A DNA stretch of 64,000 nucleotides from the human T2T-CHM13v2.0 reference genome, Homo sapiens, in the NCBI RefSeq assembly GCF_009914755.1, contig NC_060932.1, one strand, 5' to 3'. The position numbers and the translations under genes were made by a program. The notes below the pieces were generated by a model, which was not told where the DNA came from, did no database searches, and worked only from the letters and a program-made list of their open reading frames with translations. This document shows positions 1-13,802 of the stretch, in pieces. Every line of letters begins with the position of its first letter. The stretch's first letter is position 1.

Positions 1-164
1 ATTTATGAACTACATTCCACTGTTAGAAAGTACATGTTTTCCCAAATGATGAGGACTTTCAGTGACTCAGACTATGAATTAGCCACTAAGAATCTCCTAA
101 ATATTTATCATTAAATTTAGTGAAATTCTGCCAAATACAGGATTGACTTTAAACATTAAAATAA

Positions 165-480
<316 letters not shown>

Positions 481-3418
481 AAAGTAAAAAACAAACAAAA
501 ACCAAAAAATCAGAAAAGAAAAAAATCTGAAGCCATTTGTCTTCATGCACTAGAACTTATTTCTAAATATCTTGCTAACTAGGATGACTCATCCTATCAA
601 TGGCTAATATTTCAAAGAATAACATACACTTAGGGAGAGGCTGATTATTAATAGCAATTAATAAATAGGACTTCAAATATTCTTCTTTAAAACTCAGCAC
701 TGTTTCAACTTCTCAGGTCCAAAGAGACCCACTCTTTTTTTAGTCTCATGGTTTATACATACTAGGAGAAGTGGCAGCTTCTGCCATTTCCTCATTGTTT
801 ACTTGTGCTTGCATAATTAATATTGTCTCAAGCTGCAGTTTCTTTGAAGTAATCCTTTAAGATCACTTGGCATTTTGGTGAGGGTTAATTTGGTTAAAAC
901 TAGATATAAATCTTAATGTGCCGGTTGTAAGCTTCCATATCACAATGTCAATGACAACCAATCTGTGAAGAAGACACTATTAACCTTTTCACATGTGAAG
1001 GCCGTCCCTTCTTACAGGAGACCTGAGACCAGCTGAATGTTCAGTGACTGGAGGCACCTGTGTCTTTCTAGATCGGAAAAATCAAGTTTTCACATTATTT
1101 TATATTTTTAAGTGTAAGATATAAACAAAAGGTATATTTCTTCCTGACCTCCAATAAATTGTCTTGGACACTGTCTGTGGTGTGTCATCTCACTCCAGAA
1201 ACCACAGTTTAGAGAATGCATAGCCCTCTCTCCAACGTCAAATACGTCCACCACTAGTTACATTCATTCAATACACAGACAATTCCTGGCGAGCATATAA
1301 CACAGCACCTTGGAAGAATTCTGTGCCTCTCCACGCCCTTCCCCAGGCTTCATAGTCTCACAGTCTGGTAACTACTAAACAAGCTATGAGAGGGAAACTT
1401 ACTTGAAAAAACAGAGATTATTCTTATAACCAGGAAACAAAAGCAGAAGCGAGGTAAGGGAGATAAAGTAAGTGGTACAGATATTCCAACTGGTGGATGG
1501 GAAATCAAATTCTATTCTATTTGAGTAGCACTTTTCCCAGCTTATTCTTAATGAACATTCATGTCATGATCATGCCAATCCAATTAGTCACTTTATATAT
1601 AAAAATGCAAGCTGTTATGTATTATGCAGCTCTTTTGTCAAATAAGAATAATTATAAATTTTTTTAATCAACTGAAGGGAGAGAAAACACTGCCAACGTC
1701 TTAGAATATGTTCATCAGCTGAGCAGTGAAGATCATGGCTTTGCTTCTTTTTATCTAGTACTCTCCAGTTTGGATTTTTACGTTGTAACATAAACATATT
1801 TATATTTAATTATTTGAGATGCATTTTCCCCAATCTTCTGAGATTCTCTAGCAGAATATTTTTAAAGTAAATAAAATTTAAATCCAAGAATCTAATCTAG
1901 TCAAAACTAGATAGCTTAAAAAAAAAATCCGTGTGAACAACAATATGGAAAGACCAACTCAGTTAATTTTTGACAACCAAATTGAGTGGATTTGGGAGAG
2001 ATTTAGAGCAAAAATATTTATGACTAGGTTTAAATATTTGTCTTCCATGAGTAACATAGCAGAGATACTGCATTAAAAAGGTCAACCAGAAGTTTGTTTT
2101 TGAGAAATATTACCAATTTTGAACATACTAAATCTTTCTTAGAGTAACAACATACGTTTTAGATAACAGGTAGTAGCTAAGTACAGAACAGGTTTAGAAA
2201 AAGTTAATAGTGATGAGAAATGTAAACTTCGTGAACATATTTTCGGGGTAGCATTCATGATAACTCAAGAACTCGAATTTATACGAATTCTGATTTTAAA
2301 TGAGTATTAAATCTCTAAGACCAAAAGAACATAAAATTATAGCCAACAAACCACACTCTGGTTCGAATTTTCGGAGCATGTTTACTCTACACTGAATAAT
2401 CGGAAAGCCATTTTTAATGCCACTGGACAATTTCACTATTTAAAAATTTACAGTGTTCCCCGAATGTGCAGGCAGCAGAGTATTTTGGCAACCAACACAG
2501 CGAGACCCATTTACCTTTACCTTAGACTCGTAAAGGCTGAGTTACTTCTAGGTATCATTTAGCGACGCAATAAATGTCTGCCTCGAACAGTGAAAATTTC
2601 CCAAAGGAGCAGAACAACTTTCATGGGTGGGGCAAAAGGCTGGGAAGGAAGAGAATTCGTTTTGGCTTGCTCCAGCGCTGGAAGAACACTGAGCACCACA
2701 CTCTCCGCAAAGGCCTAACACAGCAAAGGCGACTGTCAAATCGATCCCTTTTGGGTCTGCTGTACCCGTCCTCTAGGGAATCAAAATAAGGCAAAATAAT
2801 AAAAAGAGTACAGAGAAGTTTGGCGGCGGCGGGGCGTGGGGGCTTGAGGCATCTCAGAGAGGAGGGCAAAAATCAACAAGAAAATGCCCCCATTTTAAAA
2901 ATCCTGTCTGCGACCTCGGATGGGAGATTTTGTTTATCCACGGGCAGTTTACTTCTGTCTCCCTGACCCATCTCCACAGGCTCTGGTGCTCGCCGCCACT
3001 TTCCGAGCAGATCATTACTCAGCACCGGAGCCGGCGCGCCTCCTCCCGCAGGCGGGAGCGGGGTCTCGGGGAGAGGCGGGAAGAGGCGCGACCGCCCGGG
3101 CGCCCAGGTGACCGCGGCCCTCCCCGCGCCCCCGTCCCCGCGCCCCCCGCACCAAGCATCCGGGAGACCCGGAGCCCCCGGGCCGAACCGCGCCGGCCCC
3201 CAGGCAGCTGAGGCACTGAAGGGCAGGCTCGGGCACGGGGGTCCTGAGGGTCGGGAGGAGGCCGCGGGGACCCTGTGCTGTCCCCGAGCGCCCCCAGCCC
3301 GCGCACGCCCACCTCCCAGCCCCTCTACCCAACTTCACCGCTGCCCCGCCAGCCGGTTCCGCACCGTCCGCCCTCGCCCCGACCCCCGGCCCGCCGCGCC
3401 CCCTCACGCCCCCGTTAC

Positions 3419-3466
3419 CTTTCCGTTCTTGGGGCTGCCGTTCAGGAACAGGGTCACCCGCCTCAT
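3419..3466 (-). CDS. KCTD9: KCTD9 coding exon 1 (MRRVTLFLNGSPKNGK, 48 nt); the rest of the gene lies beyond the left end of the window
   Basis: ATG at 3466-3464, 16 codons, then donor AAG|GTAACG. The peptide matches the KCTD9 N-terminus as I know it, and the gene is head-to-head with CDCA2. Confidence 0.93.
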
Positions 3467-3762
3467 CGCGCTGCCCCCGCTGGGTCCTGAGTGAGCCGCC
3501 ACCCTCCCACCTGGTCCTCCTCCCACCTTTTTCTCCTCCCGCCCTTCCCCTCCCTCCACCCACTCGGATTCGCCTCCCTTCGCCACCTTCCTGCCCTTGG
3601 GGACACACCACACGCACGCACTCTGTCCCACACCCAAGGTTCGGCCGGTCCTCCTTCCCACCCCGCCCCTAGGCTCCTCAGCCTGCCTGGGGCCCTTCCC
3701 CCACCTCTCCGAGACTGACACTCTGCCGTACCAACCAACCCGCGTCACCGGACAGAGTCCAG

Positions 3763-4150
3763 CCAATCAGCACCCAGTATCGGGCGGGCTCTGGCTAACC
3801 TAGCCGGGACGGAGGGAGGGAAGAGACGCTGAAGGCTAGTAGACGGGAAGGGGCATCAGCCAATCAGAGAGGCTCCTGGAGCCGGACGGCGGCTTCCAGC
3901 GTTACTGAGCAGGCGCACCCTCTAGTTTAGGTAGCGCTTATCTGCATACGAGGGCGGGGTCTGGGGAAAGGAGGTGGAGCGCTGAAAGGGACCCAAGCAC
4001 CAGTCAGCCCCTCCTCCAGCGTTAGCCCCGCCCACAAGCCGGCCCAGCTAGGAAACGGCTGCGGTAGGGACGGACTGATTGGGTAAGAGCCAGCTCGTCG
4101 CTCTGTTAGGATTGGTTGAATGAGTCTTTTCGAAGTTTGCAGCATCCAAT
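3763..4150. promoter_or_regulatory. Five CCAAT (NF-Y) boxes: 3763, 3860 (+), 4078, 4111 (-), 4146 (+)
   Basis: AGCCAATCAG twice, CTGATTGG, GGATTGGTT and ATCCAATAG; the last three are spaced 33 and 35 bp apart. Confidence 0.8.
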
Positions 4151-4189
4151 AGAAAGGTGGGAGGCGGAGTTAAAGCGCTAAGAGAAGCG

Positions 4190-4693
4190 TTACTCCGCGA
4201 GACTCTCCTGAAAAGTAGTCCCCGAGGTCACAAGGCAGTGGCAGGTGTCTGTAGTCCTCGGGTTGACTGCAGCTCGCGGTGGTCCCTCTCCGAGCCCAGG
4301 AAGCCACTCCAGTGCCGAGGGAGAGGCCTGGGAGCGCTCGGAGTGTGCGCGGACTGGAGAAGGGGGAGGTGGCGGAGTGATTCGTAGAGTAAATTCGGTA
4401 CCGAGGGGCGGGGTCGGGGATTTGAATCGGTCGGCGGGCGGAGGAGGCGGGTGGAGGAGGCTGCCGGGCAGAGCGCAGGCCAGGATCAGCGCAGGCTGTG
4501 AGTCCAGGTCAGCCGTCGGGACCTCGGGCTCCGGGTTCGAAGAGCGGCTCCCGGCTGCGGGTGCTTTGCCAGGAGAGCCCTTCCGGACAGAGGAGCCGGG
4601 GTCTGGAAGGAGCGGCCGACGCGACGCTCGCCTGCCACGGGGCTCTGGGAGTAAGCCTGTCTGCCTGGCGGGCCTTCAGGTGCGGCGTGAGAG
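4190..4693 (+). other. CDCA2: CDCA2 non-coding exon 1 (5' start approximate)
   Basis: ATG-free GC-rich stretch downstream of the CCAAT boxes, ending at donor GAG|GTAGGA (4693/4694). Alternative donors exist at 4497 and 4650. Confidence 0.55.
4411..4426 (+). promoter_or_regulatory. Candidate CDE/CHR element (DREAM/MuvB site)
   Basis: Canonical CHR TTTGAA at 4421-4426 preceded by a GC-rich stretch; variant CHR TTCGAA at 4129-4134 and 4536-4541; CDCA2 is a G2/M gene. Confidence 0.6.
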
Positions 4694-5009
4694 GTAGGAT
4701 TGCATCCGCGCTGCCACGGGGCTGTTTCTCCGGGGCATTTCTAGGCACTTTGTTCGGCTTACCCTGCAGCACAGAATTAGTACTCCTGTCAGGAGCTGCT
4801 CTGGGTGACCAGGAGTGCATCCGGACCTGTTGAGAGAATTTCTGGAAATGGATAGAGCTGCGTCTTGAGAGGGGTACCCTTATGATTCAGGTTTTCGCTA
4901 CGGTTGAAAAGCCATGGCTTATCCTTTGGGGTCTGCTTTGGTGCCTGAACAGCAGTTTTCTCCATTTCTTTCTGTTTAATTTGGCTTTAAAAGTACGCGC
5001 TTAGAGTAA

Positions 5010-5330
5010 AAGAATGGTTAGCACAGGGTGGGAAGTGTATTGGGGATGGATGGGAAGGAAGTGGAGATGGTTAATAGGTAGAAAAACAAAGAATGAATAA
5101 GATCTAGTATTTGCTAGCACAACAGGGTGGCGGTCCATAATTTAATTGTGCATTTAAACATAACGAAGTATAATTGGATTGTTTATAACAAAAAGGATAA
5201 ATATTTGAGATAATGGCTACCTCATTTACTTTGATTTGATTATTACGAATTGCATGCCTGTATCAAAATATTTCATGTACCCCATAAATTATACATCTAC
5301 TGTATACCCACAGAAATTAAAATAAAAAAT
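5010..5330 (+). mobile_element. L1 3'-end fragment (L1MA/PB-like) in CDCA2 intron 1
   Basis: GAATAAGATCTAGTATTTG...GCACAACAGGGTG...CATGTACCCCATAAAT...A-rich end. Confidence 0.8.
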
Positions 5331-5459
5331 GAAACCTGTGACGTGTGTTTCTATGCCAGTATGGACTGTATTACAATTCAGTCCTGAATAAGGTTCGTGA
5401 TCGAATCACGTTCATCTTGCTGGTGGGGTTATTTTTCATTGTTTTTCTTCACCTCTTAG

Positions 5460-5520
5460 ATGGATGCCAATTCAAAAGACAAGCCCCCTGAAACCAAGGA
5501 GTCTGCAATGAATAATGCTG
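5460..5520 (+). CDS. CDCA2: CDCA2/Repo-Man exon 2, start (MDANSKDKPPETKESAMNNA-G)
   Basis: Pyrimidine tract, cttag|ATG, donor G|GTATGT; 61 nt. Confidence 0.93.
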
Positions 5521-5603
5521 GTATGTGATGATCTGCCTCCTTGTGAAGTTGAAGGTTTAGACAGAGAGTTGTCCTCACCCCTACAATATGTCGTCCGTTT
5601 CAG

Positions 5604-5774
5604 GAAATGCCTCTTTCATTTTGGGAACTGGGAAGATTGTGACTCCTCAGAAGCATGCCGAATTACCTCCTAATCCTTGCACACCAGATACTTTTAAATC
5701 ACCTTTGAACTTTTCCACAGTAACCGTAGAGCAATTGGGAATTACACCTGAAAGCTTTGTTAGGAACTCTGCAG
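5604..5774 (+). CDS. CDCA2: CDCA2 exon 3
   Basis: ttcag|GAAAT...GCAG|GTAAGA; 171 nt; NASFILGTGKIVTPQ...RNSA. Confidence 0.95.
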
Positions 5775-6205
5775 GTAAGAAAAGTTGTCATTCTGTTGTA
5801 ATGCTTTTCAAGTTTAAAAATAACTTTAATATAACTCAGCTTTATTTGTTTATACGTACTGTCATATTTTAGGTACCTAAATTGCCTACTCTGCAAACTT
5901 GCTTCTTCAGAGAGACTTCTTTGCACATGCACAGTTCATTTAGCATAGCAGGGATCACGGAATCGCAGGGCACCCAGCATGATAATGTTCCCAAGTCAGA
6001 GTCGTGCTTGATGCCAATACTAGAAAATAATGTGTGTGTGAGTCACTTTTTGACCTGTCACCTAGGATACAGGAGGGTGTATGATATGAATAGTAATAAT
6101 GCATTTTGTTTTCATTTATGGCAAAAATAAGAGAAAGTTTAAGAGCAATTAAGAAAATATAATACTGAAAGAGCAGGATGTACCTCCTTTAACAATCACA
6201 AACAG

Positions 6206-6530
<325 letters not shown>

Positions 6531-7269
6531 CTAATGTCCTTCGAGCAGTAGAAATGAAGTTTACTTGTGAAGTCTGACTTAGATGGAAAAGAAGGAAATA
6601 CTATATGAGAATGGAATTGGATCAGAGAATAGCATTTAGAATTGGAGGATAATGGAAGTCTTGAATATCACAGGGCACTAGACCAGGTAATACATAAGAC
6701 AAGGCGAAAGTGGCACGCCACCCTAACTTTCATTCTCAAAAACATCACTCTTAGACCTTTAAAAGGCTGGATTCATTTTGTGTGCTTAGGCATATGTCCA
6801 AAATTCAGGGTAGTGCTGATGGTAGGTATCAGAAAGAAACAATCATCTTGAAGAATTAAGAACCTGAGACTGCATGTACCTAGGTGGAGATCTTACCTTT
6901 CAGTTGCTGGGGATAAAACTGACTTATTTAGAAAAAGAAAAATACTGAGTCAAAAGCAAAAGCCATCTGTGTGTAGGAAATAAGAAACAAAAATGAAAAC
7001 TTAAAATGTGTTCATGTATTTATTCAACAACTTTTAATAACTGTTCTATGTACCAGGCACTGTTCTAGGAGCATAGACTAAGTCAGCAGACAAAAAGATT
7101 CCTCTTCCACTGATTGTATATGAATGACTGTGCCAGTAACTCTCCACTGAGTTTTTTGTAGCACATGTTTATCATGTTTTCTCTCTCAGGCTGGTACATC
7201 ACGAGTATTGGATGTGGTTACTGATGATTGCCTTGTTTTGTTCCAATTTATAAGAGAGTTTCATTACAG

Positions 7270-7424
7270 GAAAGTCATCATCCTACCTTAAAAAATGTAG
7301 ACGACGTTCTGCAGTCGGTGCTCGGGGCTCTCCTGAAACAAACCATCTGATTCGTTTCATTGCTCGGCAGCAAAATATAAAGAATGCTAGGAAATCTCCT
7401 TTGGCACAAGATTCTCCTTCCCAG
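7270..7424 (+). CDS. CDCA2: CDCA2 exon 4
   Basis: tacag|GAAAG...CCAG|GTATGA; 155 nt; [24 protein letters not shown]...SPSQ. Confidence 0.95.
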
Positions 7425-7560
7425 GTATGATTTTCTTCTAAGTTCTGTCGTGAATTCCGTTAATGAAGCTTTTGTGCTTTCTTTACACCTTCTAGTGCAT
7501 CTGCTCTGTTTCAAATCTGGAGGGAGATTTTCTCTGTGTTTTAGAGAACATGCAGTTAGC

Positions 7561-7852
7561 GGCCGGGCGCGGTGGCTCACGCCTATAATCCCAGTACTCT
7601 GGGAGGCTGAGGCAGGCAGATCATTTGAGGTCAGGAGTTCGAGACCAGCCTGGCCAACATGGTGAAACCCCATCTCTACTAAAAATACGAAAATTAGCTG
7701 GGTGTGGTGGCAGGTTCCCGAAATTCCAGCTACTTGGAGGCTGAGGCACGAGAATTGCTTGAACCTGGGAGGCAGAGGTTGCATTGAGTCAAGATCATGC
7801 CACTATGTTCCAGTCTGGGCGACAGAGTGAGACTGTCTCAAAAAAAAAAAAA
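7561..7852 (+). mobile_element. Alu (AluS)
   Basis: Full dimer; TSD ATGCAGTTAGC (7550-7560 / 7853-7863). Confidence 0.95.
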
Positions 7853-7890
7853 ATGCAGTTAGCCTAAATGATGATGTTGACCATGGGTGA

Positions 7891-8184
7891 TTTTTCTTTG
7901 TTTGCTTTGTTTTAGAGACAGGATCTCAGTTGCCCAGGCTGGAATGCACTGGTGCAATCATAGCCCACCGCAGCAATGAACTCCTGGGCTCAAGGAATCC
8001 TCCCACCTTAGCTTTCCAAGTAGCTGGAACTATAGGCATGTGCCACAGCAATGGGCTAATTATAAAAATTTTTTTTTGTAGAGATGGGGCCTCACTATGT
8101 TGCCCAGGCTTATTTTGAACTCCTGACCCTAAGCAATCCCTATCAAAGTGCTGGGGTTACAGGTGTGTGCCACAGTGCTCAACC
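7891..8184 (-). mobile_element. Alu (AluJ-like)
   Basis: Diverged antisense Alu. Confidence 0.9.
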
Positions 8185-8502
8185 CAAACGAGGGTATTTT
8201 TAGAGTTATGAGACCCTGGATAGAAATAGCTTTCTAGAGGAGCTTTTTATTTTATTTCTCAATTTTTTTTCTAGTTAAGATCTAGTTTTCTACGAGGTGA
8301 GGCACTACTACCTTTTTAAGAGCTTATCTCTAAGTTACTGATTTTTTCATGACTACTGTGTGTTGATGTATAGGGGCAAGGGTCTCCTGGACAAAATGTA
8401 TTTGGGACAACCTTGTGGAGAGGAGTAGATTATTTATCTGCTGATGGGGATATATTTAGCTGTTTTTTCAAATTTTTATACATCCCCCTAAAAAGTCAGA
8501 TA

Positions 8503-8830
8503 CAGTCTTGTGCTACATAATGACATTTTGTTCAGTGATGGACTAAATATACAATGGTGGTCTCATAATAATGGAGCCGAAAAATTTCTAAGGCCTGGTG
8601 ATGTAGCTCATATAACATCATAAAACAATGCATTGCTCATGCATTTGTGGTGAGGCTGGTGCAAACAGTTCTACGGTGCTGCCACTTGTATTAAAATCTA
8701 GCACAAAAGGTTACCTACAATACATAATACTTGATAGTCATAATGAATGACTGTTCCTGGTTTATACATTTACTATAGACTTTGTATCATGAATTTAAAG
8801 TGTACTCCTTCTACTGATTAAAAAAAAAAA
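8503..8830 (+). mobile_element. Tigger3/Golem-family DNA transposon fragment
   Basis: Begins TA|CAGTC...ATAATGACATTTTGTTCAGTGATGGAC...ATGGAGCCGAAAAATTTCTA, resembling the Tigger3 left end. Confidence 0.75.
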
Positions 8831-8879
8831 GGACCTTAATGTTGTACGTGTGTTGTGCTGGCAGCAGCCTCCTACGTTC

Positions 8880-9715
<836 letters not shown>

Positions 9716-10168
9716 ACAATTCCTAAAACAAAAACATCAAAAAAGCAGTACATTTTGAATGTTTCATTTGCTTTGTATGTAAACATTGTTCTCCTTCTCC
9801 AGTAGAAAATAGAGAAAAAACAATTTTGACTAGAGAAACTTAAAATTTTTTTAAGCAGCATTTCAAAGTGCTGCATGTTCCTAGGATATTAAATCTGCCC
9901 CTACCATGTTCAAATATGTGTGCAAAAAAAGCACATTCAAAGTAAATTGTATGAATTTGAGATCATCTTTTCCCTGTCGTTCTGTTAGATGAATTGACAT
10001 AAGCCTTTTTTGAATATTATTGCTGTTTATGTCGTGAACGTTTGTGTCATCAAGGATATTTCAATGTAAAATGTTCTCATTATGTAATAGAGAATTTGCT
10101 TTATATTTAACTGGGAAGAGAATCAAATGTGTGAACAGATCACCATCAAACATGGCTTCACGATATGA

Positions 10169-10546
<378 letters not shown>

Positions 10547-11389
10547 TAATTTTTAAACATTGCCACAAACTTCATATCAGTGGAAATGTTAGTAGTCCAA
10601 GTAATAAAAAAAAATCTAGATAGAGAACTTCATTTGTAATTTAATTTTTATGTAAAGGGAACTCTCAATTTTTATATTACTTGTCTTTAACTGGCACTTC
10701 TATCCCTGCTAATATAAATTTCATTTTATCAGTCTTTGGTTGGAACCCTGTTAACGGGGTTTCCAGAGAGCTTCTGTGCTTATACCATCAAACTTTGTAT
10801 TTTAAGAGAATGGCTGGCTTTCAACCCTAAGAAGGAAATATCCTCCAGGTCCCATACAATCAGGAAAATTAGCTGGGAAGAGCCAAAAAGGAGAGCAGTG
10901 CAAGTGTAGTATCTGAGCATGTATGGAACTTCTGTGTCTCGTTCTGGCCCCTGGGCTGGAGGGCATGTGTAGACCCGTGCTGAGTAGAAACAGCTTGGAC
11001 TGAAGGAGGTATGCTGAGACTTACCTGTGACACAAGCACCATGCAGATGGCTTCCTATGGATACATCCAGCACAACATTTGGTAAAAATTGCAAATAGAC
11101 AGGTTCCTCCTGTCCCTTTTTTGTTGCACCATCCCAGAGCGCAATGTTTTTTTGGCACCTTCCATATAATCTTAGGCTGGCCTCTCAACATTTTTGTGTT
11201 AAACTTCCTTATTCAAACTGAAAATGGGTAATTCCAGGGTGAAGAAGCTCTGCCACACTAACTCCTTACCGCTGATCTTCAAAAAGCATATGTGTACTGT
11301 ATTTAATTTTGGATTCAATGGCTGTAGGCCTAGAATATAGAAAGTATGAATTGATTATAATACTCCTTGTATATTTTGCACTTTCACAG

Positions 11390-11540
11390 GGCAGCCCTGC
11401 ACTGTATCGAAATGTTAACACTTTAAGAGAACGAATATCAGCCTTCCAGTCAGCTTTTCACTCCATAAAGGAAAACGAGAAAATGACCGGCTGTCTGGAA
11501 TTCTCAGAGGCAGGAAAAGAGTCCGAGATGACAGACTTGA
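11390..11540 (+). CDS. CDCA2: CDCA2 exon 5
   Basis: cacag|GGCAGC...TTGA|GTGAGT; 151 nt; GSPALYRNVNTLRERISAFQSAF... Confidence 0.95.
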
Positions 11541-11975
11541 GTGAGTAGAAATAATTCGTTCAGTTTTGACTTCAATATTTATAAAGACAAGCTTCTGAGT
11601 TATGAAATGATTTAGTGTGAAGCCAATCTTTTCAGAACACAGGTATATTTATAAAGTGAGACTAACATTAAAAATTTGGGACATTTCACACAAAAATAAG
11701 GATTTCTGGTTTCTCTTAGAAAAAAAAACCTGTTATCAGGCATTCCTAATCCTACATTTCTGCATGGTTGCAATTAAATTTTAAGTTTTAAAATGCCAGA
11801 GATAATTAGCTCATTTCACCTTTACCATAGAGCTTGTGGCAAATTTGAGTTTACAAATCTTGATTTTTACAGGATTATTATTAAGCTCGGCAAGCATTTA
11901 GTAAATGAAATAAATTCATATAAATTTTATATGAGTACCAAACACCCAACCCTGATGTTAAAAACAAATATATTC

Positions 11976-12366
<391 letters not shown>

Positions 12367-13053
12367 TCAGTCTTTTTTTTTTCCCCCCCAATCACGAAGC
12401 ATTTCAGATACCAGAATGTGACAAAATCTTGGTCTTACTGTAATCATTATAACCATTCTCTGGTACTTTACACACTAAGGTTTCAAATGATTCTGTTTTG
12501 AATTCTTGAACCATCTTTAAGTGCATTTCAGCACCTCCCATGAGGATTGCTCTGTTAGCCCAAGACAAGTCCCCCTCATCTACCTCTAGAGTGCGTGACC
12601 CATTCAGATGTACCGATTTATATTTGTAGTTTGTGACTCACTTATTGTTTCAGTTTTTTCCTGGGTTTTAAAATTTATTTACATCATTATAATTCTGCAG
12701 ACAGTTCCTTTTTTTTAGCTAGAAAAAAACAGGTACGTTGTGGTTGTCTTTTTCATAAAGTCATACAGAGTATTAGAGCATAACCACATCTTTCAAAATA
12801 ACAGGTGTCATCATTTAAAAAGCGTGAGGTACCATATTAGACATGCAAAAGTATTTTAGTATATCTTTGTACCTTTTAAGGCCTGAAAAAACTTAATTCT
12901 AATAATATGAATGTATTATCTTTTCAATAGACATGTTTTCATTCCTTTCAGTTAGATTTAATTTTTTTTGGAATAAAAAAGTGTGGTAGATTTTTCTTTT
13001 CATTGATAATTTAGACTTAAGCACTAGATTTTACTAAAATTACGATGCACAAT

Positions 13054-13371
<318 letters not shown>

Positions 13372-13434
13372 TATATATAATATATATGAAAACATTTATG
13401 CCTGTGTCGTTTTGTTTTTATTTTGTGTTTATAG

Positions 13435-13631
13435 CCAGAAAGGAAGGTCTCAGCGCTTGCCAGCAGTCTGGGTTCCCTGCAGTGTTGTCCTCCAAACGTC
13501 GGAGAATATCCTATCAGAGAGACTCTGATGAAAATCTGACGGATGCTGAAGGAAAAGTAATTGGTCTCCAGATATTCAATATTGATACAGACAGAGCATG
13601 TGCAGTTGAAACTTCTGTAGATCTTTCTGAG
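13435..13631 (+). CDS. CDCA2: CDCA2 exon 6
   Basis: tatag|CCAGA...TGAG|GTAATT; 197 nt; RKEGLSACQQ...DLSE. Confidence 0.95.
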
Positions 13632-13748
13632 GTAATTCACTTACTTTACGCATAGGAAAATGAAGTTGTTGGTTTTCTGCATAGGCAGTTTTAAGGCTGT
13701 CAGTGCCGTTCTTCAATTTTAGTACCTTGTTCTGCCCTGTGGTTCCTG

Positions 13749-13749
<1 letters not shown>

Positions 13750-13789
<40 letters not shown>

Positions 13790-13802
13790 CGTGTGTGTGT
13801 GT
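13750..13802 (+). repeat. (GT)n microsatellite
   Basis: About 25 GT units with two GC interruptions. Confidence 0.97.

Larger units (their letters stand above)
2820..4850. promoter_or_regulatory. CpG island / bidirectional promoter shared by KCTD9 and CDCA2
   Basis: Very high GC and CpG density compared with the flanks; the two divergent first exons lie under 1 kb apart; GC boxes at 3952-3959 and 4405-4413. Confidence 0.92.

Noticed and set aside
2920-4833. Many overlapping 60-200 aa ORFs on both strands (e.g. 3015-3617, 4245-4697)
   Set aside because: Stop-poor CpG-island sequence with mostly non-ATG starts and low-complexity G/R/P/A peptides. Only the 16-codon KCTD9 exon is supported.
7278-7784. 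168-aa minus-strand ORF
   Set aside because: Antisense Alu translation fused to the antisense of CDCA2 exon 4.
12701-12738. Possible 32-nt micro-exon with a strong CAG|GTACGT donor
   Set aside because: Poor pyrimidine tract before the acceptor and frameshifting; too weak without RNA data.
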